Part shown: positions 39,501 to 50,500 of the stretch, piece after piece
How the letters are laid out: every line of letters starts with the position of its first letter
Position numbering within the stretch: the first letter of the stretch is position 1
DNA from: an uncultured virus (IMG/VR IMGVR_UViG_3300025010_000044)
Lineage: Duplodnaviria; Heunggongvirae; Uroviricota; Caudoviricetes
Reading direction: 5' to 3' (one strand)
Length of the DNA: 64,000 bases
Virus record (IMG/VR): IMGVR_UViG_3300025010_000044
The notes under the pieces: model-generated
Databases searched by the model: none
Seen by the model: only the letters and a program-made list of their open reading frames with translations
Told to the model about the DNA's origin: nothing
Program-made: the position numbers and the translations under genes

Positions 39501-42059
39501 ATAAATAATTTAGCCGATATGTTTACCAAGGGTAACCATGAATCGCTTAACCAGTATTTGGATGAGATCGGACCGGATGTAGTAGGTGAGTTATTGAAGA
39601 AGAAAATTATCCCGGAGAATGAAGCGCACTTGTATATTGACCCGAAGAGCGGAAAGATGGATGCGGGGCACAAAGAAAAGGTTAAGCAGATACTTACGCA
39701 ATCGGTATTGGGAGAGAGCAGCCAGCATTTTGAGAAGATACCGGAAGCGGCAAGAGCGGGAACGGTTAAAAGTCTTGGTGATATTTTTGCGCTGAAGGGG
39801 AAAGCGGGTGATCTTGTTCCTCACTTGCAGGAAGCGGTAAAGATGTTGGCGAAGTATGAAGCGGTTAAGGATAATTTTAAATCGCCGGATGATTTTGTTA
39901 AGCAAGCCGCCAATGACGCATTTGAACCGTTGAAGGGGAGTAAGGAAGAATTGGCTTTATTTGATCTATTAGCAGACCCGATAAGAGAAGTAACGAAGGA
40001 AAACGGAAAGAAGGAAAAGAAAAACGTAATAAGTGATTTTATCCGTAAATATAAGTTAAGCATGGAAGGGGATATGTTTTCAGGCGGGCTTCCTCCGGAA
40101 GCGGCATTTGCAAGGATATTTAAACCCAAATATCAAAACGGAGTAAATACCGAAGAGGCATATAAACAACAAATACGAGATGCGATTAAGGTTGGGCATA
40201 AAATTCCCAAAGAAGTTCTAGATAAATACCCGGATTTAGAAAGAGAATATAATTCGCAGCATGTGTTGAAATCGATTAGTAGAAAAATGTTTATATTTGG
40301 TAAAAAAGTTTTTATGAAATCTATGGACATGGCAAAGAATGTTTTAGCGCCAAGTAAGAAGAACCCGGCGGTGAAGAGATGGCAAGCCGTAGAGAGCAAA
40401 ACACAAACAACAAATGACAAAAAACAAGGGGGTGAGAACAAACAAGAACTTTATAATAAATTCAAGAAAGAATTAGAAGATAAACAGTCAAAAGGAGAGA
40501 TTAATTCAAAAACAAAAAACTCTGCTCTTTATAAAAAACGAGTTGAACTTGGGTTGCAAAATGATCCATCGATAAGGGCTGTTATAGCTACGAAAACAAA
40601 AAGGAAGCCGCGTCCATCCGATTTTGATAAAAGCGACGAACCATTATTTTATGATGAAGTTAAAGATGTAATTGAACAATTAAATTTCCCGATTTACGAA
40701 GTGCAAAATTGGACGGATGAAAACGGAAATCCAGAAATAAATTACTGGGGATACGATAAAATGGAAGCACTAAAAGAATTGGACGATAGTGATAGAGTTG
40801 AAGGATTTGAAAACAGAGAACAGGATGTAAACCTCTACGAGCATAAACCAACTTTTGATAAAGCGAAATTGAAAGAGTTCCAAGAACTATATGAGACGTT
40901 ATCACAAGATGAATTTGAAGAAAAATTCCCCGACAAGAAAAGTGTGGCGAATTTTGTTGAATATGATGAAAACAGAGGGGGAAACGTTATTGATAGCAGA
41001 ACTATAAAGCCAATTAATGAAACAACGGAAGAAATATTAAGTGATGTACAAAATAAGTTCGGCGGGAAATATGTTGACGTCCCAATAAAGTTTGATACAG
41101 AAGGGGATACAATAGAATTTATGAGATTAAGAATTGCTAATCATACGGGGAACTATTATAGTATTGGTGGAGATGGGGACAGACCAGGTTTGTCTATTGT
41201 TATTGCCAACCAAGACCCAACGTATAAGCGGTTTGGTCGATCCGAAAATGAAATACCTAACGAATATCATTTTGATGAAGATGCAACGGCGGAAGAAATT
41301 ATAGACTTTATTAATGAGAAGATAGAAGAAAAAAAAGCTGATGTTTCCTCGGAAACATCAGCTACAAATGAAAGCAAACCACAATTGCTTAAGACAGAGC
41401 CGAACGCCAAAAGCGGAGCGGATGACTTAGGCAGTGATAAACGTGCCGAAGCACAGACGAAAAGTAGTGAAGAGAAAAACAAAAAGCAAGTGCCGCAAAC
41501 GGAGACGGAGAATTTTATTCACCCGAGCATTAAAGAAATTGATAAAGAGTTGGCAAGTGAAGTTGTATCAGCTTTCAACAAACTTTGCGAAATGTATGGT
41601 GTAGATAAAATTAAAGAAAAGATTACTATAAAGGCGTTTTCTATATCAATCCCCGGCACGGGGAAAAGTCCAATAGCATTTGTAAAAAGGATGGAAGATG
41701 AGGGGCTAACATTATATCTTGATGCCGGAAAGTTTCGGAACAAATCAGATTTCGAAGTAAGGATAAAACAACAAATAGAGTTTGGATTTTTACCCAAAGT
41801 TGGATTGACACCGGTAAAAATAATCATAACGCATGAGTTCGCCCATATTTTACAACACATAAATTATGATACCGATTATATTAATAAAATTTCAAAAGAA
41901 GGAACGGCGAGTGAAGATGCACACTTAATTTGTAAATATGCTGAGAACAATAAAATGGATGAGGAGGCTTGTGCATTTATAATTGATTATGCGGGGCAAG
42001 GCAATGAGATAACTAAGAGAATACTCATGGAATTTTATAATAAACAGAAGGAGAAGTAA
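36555..42059 (+). CDS. Large polyvalent protein: DdrB-associated ParB-like domain, C-terminal HEXXH metallopeptidase-like domain
   Basis: AQNRDRS..GAPIVD..VIAGNGR..MKQPVLVR; IITHEFAH near the C-terminus. Confidence 0.7.
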   Translation: MFLYKLPDYEGGFVTKSIECNCIVTRDDAGHLLNSKPVNCVKKGMNTNFGKVVDYSKNFVILKKGSELKRLKREELNNVLLKSLDQHEAVPEDKEEMKVSGKFETIAGKVLVKSEREIIRDVLTDPDRVLRKGKIVTFIKTINGKEVEAKVEGKGIFNNTLMLKGITETNLTISKRLLFKGVAVAFKTPKVFNINQSAVSSGQSAGGGTAWNAKGGMKPNHKYLERKPAKNGDGYIYLYELPSGKKEWRDEAGKSVEGESAKGSADYQLEDFKVGDVVRQDNKLGRITETTTNMLAVNFGGEMKVINKKEHVEKVKQHQLMKEGDTIQYEGNDAKILRITGKAALINTADNKLKVINLEKQLEKYEPQSAKGGGEGRLNKYSDVYQGEAERRVGQGGADNYNISYEEQPGYKDFVSAAQKTGFGRKNDLEMVKRVETENGLRTVRWNYNPEDQNISFMVDGKEDYTMNFMGKKYKIRDITDDGYSLEDAETKERGLFLSHKDYNNDLKQQRDEERKNVIVERSGGVNGIETVREPARTFSFKPEYTEEERARFEKRGGSRPSRWTRRKDEPLQSEEEKKRLTELQSERDKKNKEVLGTKDFADFEKLHKERGFEIGANRFHASKEIEAGGRTFRIKSEFKPEKMSWQTSIDGPVKKLQLGEKRLPITDISKDKVFYHEGGDEKSITFDELKTINGKGLFEPTKESKGIISNLDPVKIYFGNDDKDVTSGSYEIVEADEIIASHKTDGTPNKDYTISDAQNRDRSTPQSIAQINKIATNPNFDFLSDSKTAQDGAPIVDEDYNVIAGNGRALGVQLHYGQMGNKNGSEKKQNLSAKDADKKIFDLMKRIMPHREDTQESAIKYAKNNLGGGRSDVLVKEGKLSADESKFVSEYANGDFAENNLSIALNNKSEKYRSDLLKNAEKYGFSRDDVEKMKQPVLVRRTNVDKKEAQRLGAISNTSQMLATEEREAAKGKATRIDDATINNLADMFTKGNHESLNQYLDEIGPDVVGELLKKKIIPENEAHLYIDPKSGKMDAGHKEKVKQILTQSVLGESSQHFEKIPEAARAGTVKSLGDIFALKGKAGDLVPHLQEAVKMLAKYEAVKDNFKSPDDFVKQAANDAFEPLKGSKEELALFDLLADPIREVTKENGKKEKKNVISDFIRKYKLSMEGDMFSGGLPPEAAFARIFKPKYQNGVNTEEAYKQQIRDAIKVGHKIPKEVLDKYPDLEREYNSQHVLKSISRKMFIFGKKVFMKSMDMAKNVLAPSKKNPAVKRWQAVESKTQTTNDKKQGGENKQELYNKFKKELEDKQSKGEINSKTKNSALYKKRVELGLQNDPSIRAVIATKTKRKPRPSDFDKSDEPLFYDEVKDVIEQLNFPIYEVQNWTDENGNPEINYWGYDKMEALKELDDSDRVEGFENREQDVNLYEHKPTFDKAKLKEFQELYETLSQDEFEEKFPDKKSVANFVEYDENRGGNVIDSRTIKPINETTEEILSDVQNKFGGKYVDVPIKFDTEGDTIEFMRLRIANHTGNYYSIGGDGDRPGLSIVIANQDPTYKRFGRSENEIPNEYHFDEDATAEEIIDFINEKIEEKKADVSSETSATNESKPQLLKTEPNAKSGADDLGSDKRAEAQTKSSEEKNKKQVPQTETENFIHPSIKEIDKELASEVVSAFNKLCEMYGVDKIKEKITIKAFSISIPGTGKSPIAFVKRMEDEGLTLYLDAGKFRNKSDFEVRIKQQIEFGFLPKVGLTPVKIIITHEFAHILQHINYDTDYINKISKEGTASEDAHLICKYAENNKMDEEACAFIIDYAGQGNEITKRILMEFYNKQKEK

Positions 42060-42367
42060 TGTATCTTCCAATTTGCGCTTGTTGTGAACACGGGAAAAAT
42101 GCTGTAGGGTTAACTTGCAAAGCATTTCCAAATAAGATCCCCAAAAGTATCATAGAGGGGAATCCGCATACAGAACCAATAGAGGGGCAGGAGAATGATA
42201 TTGTTTTTACACCATTACAAGGCTTAACCGAACAATTAAAAAGAATAATTAAAGAAGATTATGGTGTTGATATTGATGGAACGGATGCAACCATAACGAA
42301 GGGCACAAAGATAACGAGGAAAATAATTTTGAAGAAAAAGAAGAGGGATGAAACTTTTTTATTGTAA
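42059..42367 (+). CDS. Small Cys/His protein (CxxCxH..CKAFP..IP..H..P)
   Basis: Coupled (TAATG) to the polyvalent gene. Confidence 0.6.
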   Translation: MYLPICACCEHGKNAVGLTCKAFPNKIPKSIIEGNPHTEPIEGQENDIVFTPLQGLTEQLKRIIKEDYGVDIDGTDATITKGTKITRKIILKKKKRDETFLL

Positions 42368-42452
42368 AAGGAAGAAAGAATATTTAAGTTAACATATAAG
42401 AATTTATATGAATTAACATAACAAACAACAAAACTCTAAAAGGAGAAAGACC

Positions 42453-42917
42453 ATGGCACAATTCCCCCTATTAACCAATGCTCAAGTTTTAGCAAAGGAC
42501 TTTATGAATCAAGGAGACACTGTAAAAGCGTTAGACCTTTTGCAGAATCTTCCTTATGTAAACGTTTCGGCCGCATTGGCAGCGGGCGCAACGGGCGTAA
42601 CTACAAACGAGCACATCTTTGTAGCGCCGTGCAAGTTAGAAATACTTGAGGCAAAGTTCATCACCACTGCTGTTAATACCGGTACAAGCAACGAACCGGA
42701 AGTAAAATTGTTAGCGGGCACCGACATTGTTGGCGTTAGCGGTGCAATTGTTTTAGCAGGCGCGGCGGTTGGCGATGTTGCGACTTTAACGCTTGATGCG
42801 GCTGAGGTTGTAATAGCGGCCGGGACAAAACTTATTCTTAGAATAGTTAATCCTACTGCAACAATTACTACTCCGTTAACAGGCAAGCTTCAGTTCATTT
42901 GGAAACCAACTGTTTAG
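42453..42917 (+). CDS. Putative virion structural or decoration protein
   Basis: Ala/Thr/Val-rich beta-type composition; own RBS, upstream late motif and terminator. Confidence 0.55.
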   Translation: MAQFPLLTNAQVLAKDFMNQGDTVKALDLLQNLPYVNVSAALAAGATGVTTNEHIFVAPCKLEILEAKFITTAVNTGTSNEPEVKLLAGTDIVGVSGAIVLAGAAVGDVATLTLDAAEVVIAAGTKLILRIVNPTATITTPLTGKLQFIWKPTV

Positions 42918-42935
42918 TTCATTAGTTCGATTGTA

Positions 42936-42972
42936 AGTGGTTAGTAGTAATGTGTGACTAACCACTTTTTTT
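42936..42972 (+). terminator. Rho-independent terminator
   Basis: agtggttagt...actaaccact followed by a T run. Confidence 0.7.
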
Positions 42973-43001
42973 AATTACGAATTGTCAATTAGGAATTAGG
43001 A

Positions 43002-43496
43002 ATGAACGGCAGAATAGAAAATCAATCAAATGAATTAAATGTTGGTAGAGCCGGTGAATATCTTGTAATGGTGGACTTAATCTCAAAGGGATTTAAGTGC
43101 TTTTTGACTGACCAAGGAATAAATTATGATATAGTTGTTGATTATAATGGTCGGTTGATAAAGTTACAAGTTAAGGCGACACAAAGACCAAGAATACTCC
43201 AACAAAGATACGTTACGCCCGTATATCAGTTCGGTATAAGAAGAGCGGGGAAAGGTGGGAAAAGGCAATATGACCCAAAAGAATTTGATGGATTTGCATT
43301 AGCAGTTTTAGATGTAAGACAAGTCGGGTATATGTTTTTTAGAGAAAAGATGAATAGAACCGTATTGGTTAGGGATTGCAGACAAAGGGAGAAATACCAG
43401 CAAAAGGGGAAGAGAGCCTCTTATTTGGATGAAATAACTTTTGAAAGATTTTTAATTGATTATGAAAAGTCAACAAAACAAAATACAGTGTTGTGA
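43002..43496 (+). CDS. PD-(D/E)XK homing-type endonuclease
   Basis: GRAGEYLV..DL...G, YDIVVD, LQVKAT, EFDGFALA. Confidence 0.8.
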   Translation: MNGRIENQSNELNVGRAGEYLVMVDLISKGFKCFLTDQGINYDIVVDYNGRLIKLQVKATQRPRILQQRYVTPVYQFGIRRAGKGGKRQYDPKEFDGFALAVLDVRQVGYMFFREKMNRTVLVRDCRQREKYQQKGKRASYLDEITFERFLIDYEKSTKQNTVL

Positions 43497-44535
43497 TAGT
43501 TTATGTTTTCTGAAACAAAAACCAGATTGCTACGCTGATATATTATTCCAAGATCCGCCGTATGCGTTAGGGAGTGAAGTTATTATACGGAAGGATGGAA
43601 AACCGGATTATAAAAAAGCCGTAGATTTTATGAATAAATGGGATATGCCAAACGGCGATTTTTCAATGATTGAGCAAAAGAATTACAATCCTCCCGGCCG
43701 TTACCCGGCGCAAACTTTTATTGAGTGCATTTGTGATGAAGTAGTAATTAAAAAAAATGAGGCACAGCCATATAGTTACAGCGGGAAAGAGTATCAGAAC
43801 AAAGAAACATCAATGTTTAATGGGGATAAACCGCAAGCACCAAGTAATTATAATGATAAAGGAAGCGGGCAGATACATACTAATCCTAATTGCCCGTGTG
43901 CAGTATTGGATAGACAAAGTGGAGAATTGCAAAAAGGGAAAGGGGACTATGTACGCAAAAACGGTTCGGTACAATTTCTAAGTGCAATGGGGCAAGATAA
44001 AACAGACTTACCAAACGGAATTTCAGATACCGGCGGATGCAGTAAAATTTTACACAAGTGTGAATATGATGAAGAAGAGCATGATATTTATTTTTACTAT
44101 CCAAAAGTAAGTAAGGCAGAGCGCAACGGCGGACTGAATGAGTTGGAAGATAGTTTAATGGCACGAAGCGGAGGAGCGCAACAGGCAGAGCGAAACGGCG
44201 AGACTGAATATTTGCAATCTCACATCGGGATGAATAGAATTTCAACCGTTAAAAATAATCATCCCACATTAAAGCCAATTGCATTAAACAAAAGAATTTT
44301 ATCTCTGTTCAAGACACCGAACGAACAGAAAATACTTTATCCTTTTGCCGGAACCTTTTCCGAAGTGATAGGAGGATACTTAGCGGGGTTTACAAATTAT
44401 GAGGGTTGTGAGTTGGAAGAGGCATGGATAACCATAGGTGAAGCTAGGTTTAGTTACTGGATAAATAGAGAGAAAAAAGAAGTTGCCGGGAATGAAGATC
44501 AATTTAATTTATTCATCAAGACCGAGGCGGCGTAA
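43462..44535 (+). CDS. N6/N4 DNA methyltransferase, possibly internally deleted
   Basis: DPPY, GRYPA, NNHPTLKP, YPFAGT. Confidence 0.7.
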   Translation: MKSQQNKIQCCDSLCFLKQKPDCYADILFQDPPYALGSEVIIRKDGKPDYKKAVDFMNKWDMPNGDFSMIEQKNYNPPGRYPAQTFIECICDEVVIKKNEAQPYSYSGKEYQNKETSMFNGDKPQAPSNYNDKGSGQIHTNPNCPCAVLDRQSGELQKGKGDYVRKNGSVQFLSAMGQDKTDLPNGISDTGGCSKILHKCEYDEEEHDIYFYYPKVSKAERNGGLNELEDSLMARSGGAQQAERNGETEYLQSHIGMNRISTVKNNHPTLKPIALNKRILSLFKTPNEQKILYPFAGTFSEVIGGYLAGFTNYEGCELEEAWITIGEARFSYWINREKKEVAGNEDQFNLFIKTEAA

Positions 44536-47500
44536 TGAAAATATTTGGAATTACAATAGCAAAGAGTAAAGTAATTGTTGAAAATCTTGACGATAAGTTA
44601 AAGGCGGGAAAGACTTTTAAGCTTCAGGATAGAATTTATTTTAAAGGGCTTGATATTGCTATAGAAAATAAAAAGGGAAGCATACGGCGCGGGGTGAATG
44701 ATGATGGGACAAAGTGGGAAACGTTCATGCACGCCCCTTATGGTTACATAAGGCGGACGGAAAGTGTTTCGGACGGTGAGAAGATCGATTGTTATATAGG
44801 CGATAACAGAGAGAGTGAAAAAGTTTTTATTGTTGATCAGAATAATCCGTTAACCGGAAAGTTTGATGAGCAAAAATGTATGTTGGGTTTTGACACTGCC
44901 GAAGAAGCGAAGACTGCATATTTGAAGCAGTATGACAGTCCAAAGTTTTTTGGCAGCATGAAAGAAATAAGTTTTGATGAGTTTAAGAAAAAAGCGTTAG
45001 CAACGTTAGATAAACCGAAATTGCTTAAAGCGTTTGGGGTAATGTTAAAAGCGTTCGGTACGCAGTTGGGAATGTTTGAGAATGAAGTTATCGAAGGACA
45101 AACAAAGCAGAAGGACGGGCACACTTACGAGGTGAGGCGGAGTAACAAGAATCCTCTTGTAAAGCGGTTGTTCCGTGCGGATAAGGAGGAGAGTAAACCG
45201 AAAGAATTATCGTTGTTTGATAAGAAGGTAACGGTCGGCAGTCGGCAGTCGGCAGTAGGCAATAGGGCGGAAAGCAGACCACCAAAAGCGGAACCGATAA
45301 AACCAAAAGAGCAGCCGGAAACAAAGGACGATCTTTTCAATCAGCCAAAAGAAGAGAGAAAAGAGCCGAAGGCGGAAATTAAAGTTGTTAAGGGGAAGAA
45401 GAACCGGAAAGAGATAAACGCCAGGGTTGAGGAGTTATTAAAGACAAAGAAAAACGATGAGATGAGCGCTGAGGATGTAGAGCTTTTGGCGCAGTACACC
45501 GGGCGCGGCGGATTGTTGGGCGATACTATTGAGGATATTTCTCTTAATGAGTTTTACACACGTAAGGATGAAGCGGAATTTATTTGGGATATGATAGGGA
45601 AGTTAGGTTTTAAGGGAGGAAATGTTTTAGAGCCATCAATGGGAACGGGGATTTTTATTGAGACCGCACCGGAGAAAGCGCTTGTTACCGGAATTGAAAT
45701 TGAAGAAACGAGCGGACGCATCGGGCAGATTTTACACGGCAACGAGCACGATATAAGGATACAGAGCTTCGAGCAGTTTATTAAAGACTATGAAAACATG
45801 GGAGCGGATTTAGAAGGGGGAGAATATGACGCTATTGTTGGGAATTGTCCGTTTGGTAAAAGAGGATTGAGCGCGATGGATGATAGGGAGAAGAGTGATA
45901 TAAAATTCCACGAGCAATATTTTATTGATAGAGGTTTGGATATGTTGAAACCGGGGGGAATAATGGCAATGATTGTTCCAACATCTATAATGGATAATCA
46001 ACTTAATCAATGGCGGGGAGAGATAAACAAAAAAGGGGAATTCCTTGGAGCGATAAGAGTACCAACCGGAGCCTTTAAACATGCAGACGCAGCAGTAACC
46101 ACAGATATAGTTTTCTTTAAGAAAAGACCGCCGGAAGTGATAGAGCATTTAAGTAATCTACCAAAGGAAAAACTTGGTGAGGCTTATGATGATATGGTTT
46201 TGGATGCAGATTTTGTTTCGGGAAATTTCTTTAAGAATAATCCGGAGTTTGCGTTAGGTACGGAAACGAGCGGAATGTTCGGAATGAAGATCTGGAAGGG
46301 AGATGTTACAAAGGAAGATTTGGAAAAAGTCGGTGAATTATTAAACCATGATGCAAGGGATTACAGTAGTTTAGGTATTGATGTTAGCAAGTATGGTGAG
46401 TTGGAAAAAGAACTTGAGCCGGGAGATGTAAAGATATTAAACGGAAGAACTTATATTCTTAATAAAAATCATAGATGGGAAAGATTAAAAGATCAGGAAA
46501 TAGTATTACAGAATTTACCGGAAGATGTACAAAAGCTTGGTATTAAGAGTTGGGATGAATGGAGAATTAAGAGTGAGGATATCGGTTATTTGTACGGATT
46601 GAATAAGGACCAACTTAAACTGTTCGGACAAACAAGGATAGTTAATGAGCTGGATGGATACAACGGCAAGAATGATTTTCAGACCGAATATTTAACAAAG
46701 GGAGTTATTCTTGGTTTAGCAGTAAAGGATTTCAGAAAAGAGTTGCAAGACGGAAGATTATCCGCTGAAGAGGCGCAAATGGAAGCGGGGAAACTGAAAA
46801 TATTACTGAAGGATTTTATTGAAAAGTACGGACACCCAATTGATAATTTGAAGTTGAATAAATTTTTTAGAAGCAGCGGAAACGCGCCACTCTTGGATTT
46901 AGCAGGTAGCTATGATAAGAACGGGAACACTATCAAGATGTTTGATGATCCGCTGTCTTTTTATAAAGTTTATCAAACGAAGAGCGAAATAGGAACGGTG
47001 GACCGGAACGATATTGTTTCGGTGATCGGATTTCTTTTTGCAAATAATTTTCCTACGGATTATCAAACGATACGAGGCGAGTATGAAGGGGATGGAGATA
47101 TTGAAAGAGAGCTTGCATACAGCGATGAAATTTATTTTGATGAAGAGGGAAATTATAAACCGAAAGAGGAAGTCCTTTACGGTTACATTTATGAAAAAAT
47201 AGACGCCTGGGAAAAGCAACGGACAGAACTGAAGAAGGAATCCAAGAACGAAAAGTTAAGCGATAAAGAAAAAGAACTTAACGCGCAAAAAATGCGAAAG
47301 TTAGAAGATCAGATAATTGAGGCGAAGACGAGAGCGAACATAAGGGAGATAAAGCAACTGCCGATAATGTTAAGCGATGCAGGGACTATTTACGATATTG
47401 GAATTTTGAACAAATATTTGGAAGAAAAGATAGGGGCGCATTTCTTAGGTGAATTACGCAAAGATGAAAAGAGCGGATTTATTCTTCCGGTTGATGAGAG

Positions 47501-50500
47501 TTCGGCAAAATTATATTTAAGTTATGCAGATATTACGAAAGAGGGAAAATCAACAAGTGTAAAGAAAGAATTGCGGGATCTCTTTAATAAAGATGAGCAT
47601 CCTTTATTGTTTATGATTTTAAATAAGATGAATGGGTTAGGTTTACCGGCGTTGCGGACTGAGGAAGGAATAGCCAAAAAAGAACAAGTCTTACAGCTTG
47701 AAACAGATTTTAAGCAGTATTTATCCGATAGTGAAGAAGCTGATAAAATTGCAGATACTTATAATAGGCTGTTTAATTCATACACACAAAAAACGTATGA
47801 CGAAAAACCGATAGAGGGAATAAAGCATTTTGCTTATGATAGAGTAGTTGGTAAAGATGCAAGCGGAAAAGATATTAGCGGAAGAGATAAGGCGGGCGGG
47901 CATACATGGGCAACTGTAAGACGGATGTATGAATCCGGCAAAGGTATGATAGCGCATGGTGTGGGTTTAGGAAAAACCCTTGAAGCATTAACTTTAACTT
48001 TGTTGAGTAAAGAGACGGGAAGGGCAAATAAGCCGTGTATAGTTTCTCCGAAATCGGTGTTGTTAAATTGGGTTGCGGAAATTGAGAAGTGGACGCAAGG
48101 GGTAAATTATTTGTTAGTTGGTTACAAAAAAGATTCTACCGGCGCTTGGATTGAAGAAAGCCGTGAAGAGAAAGAATTGAAATTGCAACGTGCAGCAAAT
48201 GAAGATTTTGACATGATTTTAATGAGCCGTGATTTGTTCGGTACAATTGACTTTTCACCGGAAACTAAGAAGAACATGCTTAACGAATTGATGGATAAGT
48301 ATTACCCGGAAGGAAGCCGGTTATCAGACTTTGCCGATAAGGATAGCAAACAGGTAAAAAGTGTGAAAAAGAAAAGAGATACTTTGTTAAAGAATCTTTC
48401 CGAAATGATGAACATACCCGATCCAATGGGGGGAGTGTATCTTGATAATTTGGGTATTGATATGTTGGTGAGAGATGAATGCCACGACACGAAAAACTTA
48501 TTAGTTCCAATGGAAAGTGAAATTAGCGGAGTGAATAGCAGCACATCTCAAAGGGCAATGCACAATTTATTTGCAAGCAAGATCATACGCGGGCAGAATA
48601 ATGATATGGGCTATTATGGTTTGACGGCAACACCGATAAGTAATTCGCCTTTAGAAGTTTTTAACATGATGGTGCCGTTTGCGGAGAAAGAACTCGAAAA
48701 ATTAAAAGTTCAAAACATGGATGACTTTGTTGCAAGGTTTGCAGATATTGATAACATTCCAACTACAAATGCAGACGGAAGAGTTATTGTAAAGAATAAA
48801 TTTTCGGGATGGAAATCGGCTGAGGCATTAAGAAATACTTTCTTTAGGTTTGTTGATTATAAGACAAAGGATGATGTTGAAAGTGTAAAGGCAAATATAA
48901 AGTTCCCGAAAGAGAAAGCGGCGAATGTGCTGAGTGATCTGAATGAAGGGCAAAAAGAAATAGTGAAGCATTGCAAGTTAAGGTTATGGATGTTAAGCAG
49001 CCGTGTATATGATAAGGATAATAAGACGTGGGATTTTAATGCTGATAAGTTACAGGAAAAAGTAGGTAAAGGATTAATTAATCAAGATGAAGCTACTAAA
49101 GTATTGAATTATTTTAATGATGAATACTTGCCTAAATATATTGAGTTGAATAAATGGATTGGTCCGGACGATACACCAATGGACGATCACTTTTTTAAGG
49201 TGCAGCAAGATTTGATAAAAGCAACGAGTGATTTGCCCTGGTATCAGGAAAAGAGCAGTGAATTTTCTAAAAAGGTTGACAATGATTTGGTTAAACAGCA
49301 TAGTGATTTAAAGAAGTTCGCGCAGTTGAATGAGAATGCATTATCAATACATAAGAGTGGAGGCAAACAAATTATTTTCGCCATCAACACAGCTTTACAC
49401 GATAAGATTAAAAATGATTTGATAAAATCGGGTATCCCGGAGAACGAAATAATAATTGTAAACGGAAAAACGGTTAGCAGCTCGAGCAAAAGATTACAGA
49501 TAAGCAAAGATTACAACAATGGAAAGTATAAGGTTGTAATTGGTAATTATGCAACTATGGGAGAGGGATTAAATTTTAACTATATGACAAGCGATATTCA
49601 CCACTTGCAACCGGCTTGGAACCATTTACAGATAGAGCAAGGGAACGGAAGAGGGATACGGCAAGGGAATCCATTAGACAGTGTAAATACGCATTACTAC
49701 TTGACGAAAGGAAGTATTGACGGATTTATGAATACCAAAATTATGGATAAGGCGGGAATGGTTGATAAGTTCTTAAAAGGTGAAACGAGCCGTTGGGATG
49801 ACGAGGTTCAGCTAGAAGCGGATGAGATGATGATTGAGTTAGCCGATAATCCGGAACAGGCAAAAGCGTTATTGGCATTCAGAAATAAAAAATTACAAGA
49901 TGCACTTGCAGAGCAGCAACGGCAATCGAACTATAAACAGTTTGATAGATTGTATGAAGTAAAAAGGAAAAAAGCCGGAATGGAAGAGAAGACTTCAAAG
50001 CAATATCAGATGATGGAGCAGGAAGAAAGAAGTTTGACGGAAAAACTTATCGGGGCAAATTTTGAGCATAAGGGGAAACTTGACTATGACAGAACTCCGG
50101 TAATTTTACCGGGGATAAATAAAGTAATTCCGGTAGGTGGTATTTTAGAAGGTAAAAGCGGAGAGTTTTATGTTGTTGAAGATTACGCGCCATCTACCCA
50201 GAGAGTGAAGATAAGAACGTATAAAGCCGGTGCGCAAGGTGATATGGTAGGTACTCGCGCACTAAGTGCAAAGGAGTTAGATAAAGAATTTAGCGCATTG
50301 TATAAAGAAACCGATTTGGATTTAGGCGGAATGTTTAAGAAAATTATTGATGATAATGAAGAAATTGGAATTAACTTTATAAGCAAAATGCCAAAGGAAA
50401 TTTTGCAAGCAAATAAAGTTAAATTGCTTGATAAACTTAACAATACCGATGAAGTATTGTATCAAACTATGGACGGTGATTTTAAGGTAGCAGTTTATGA

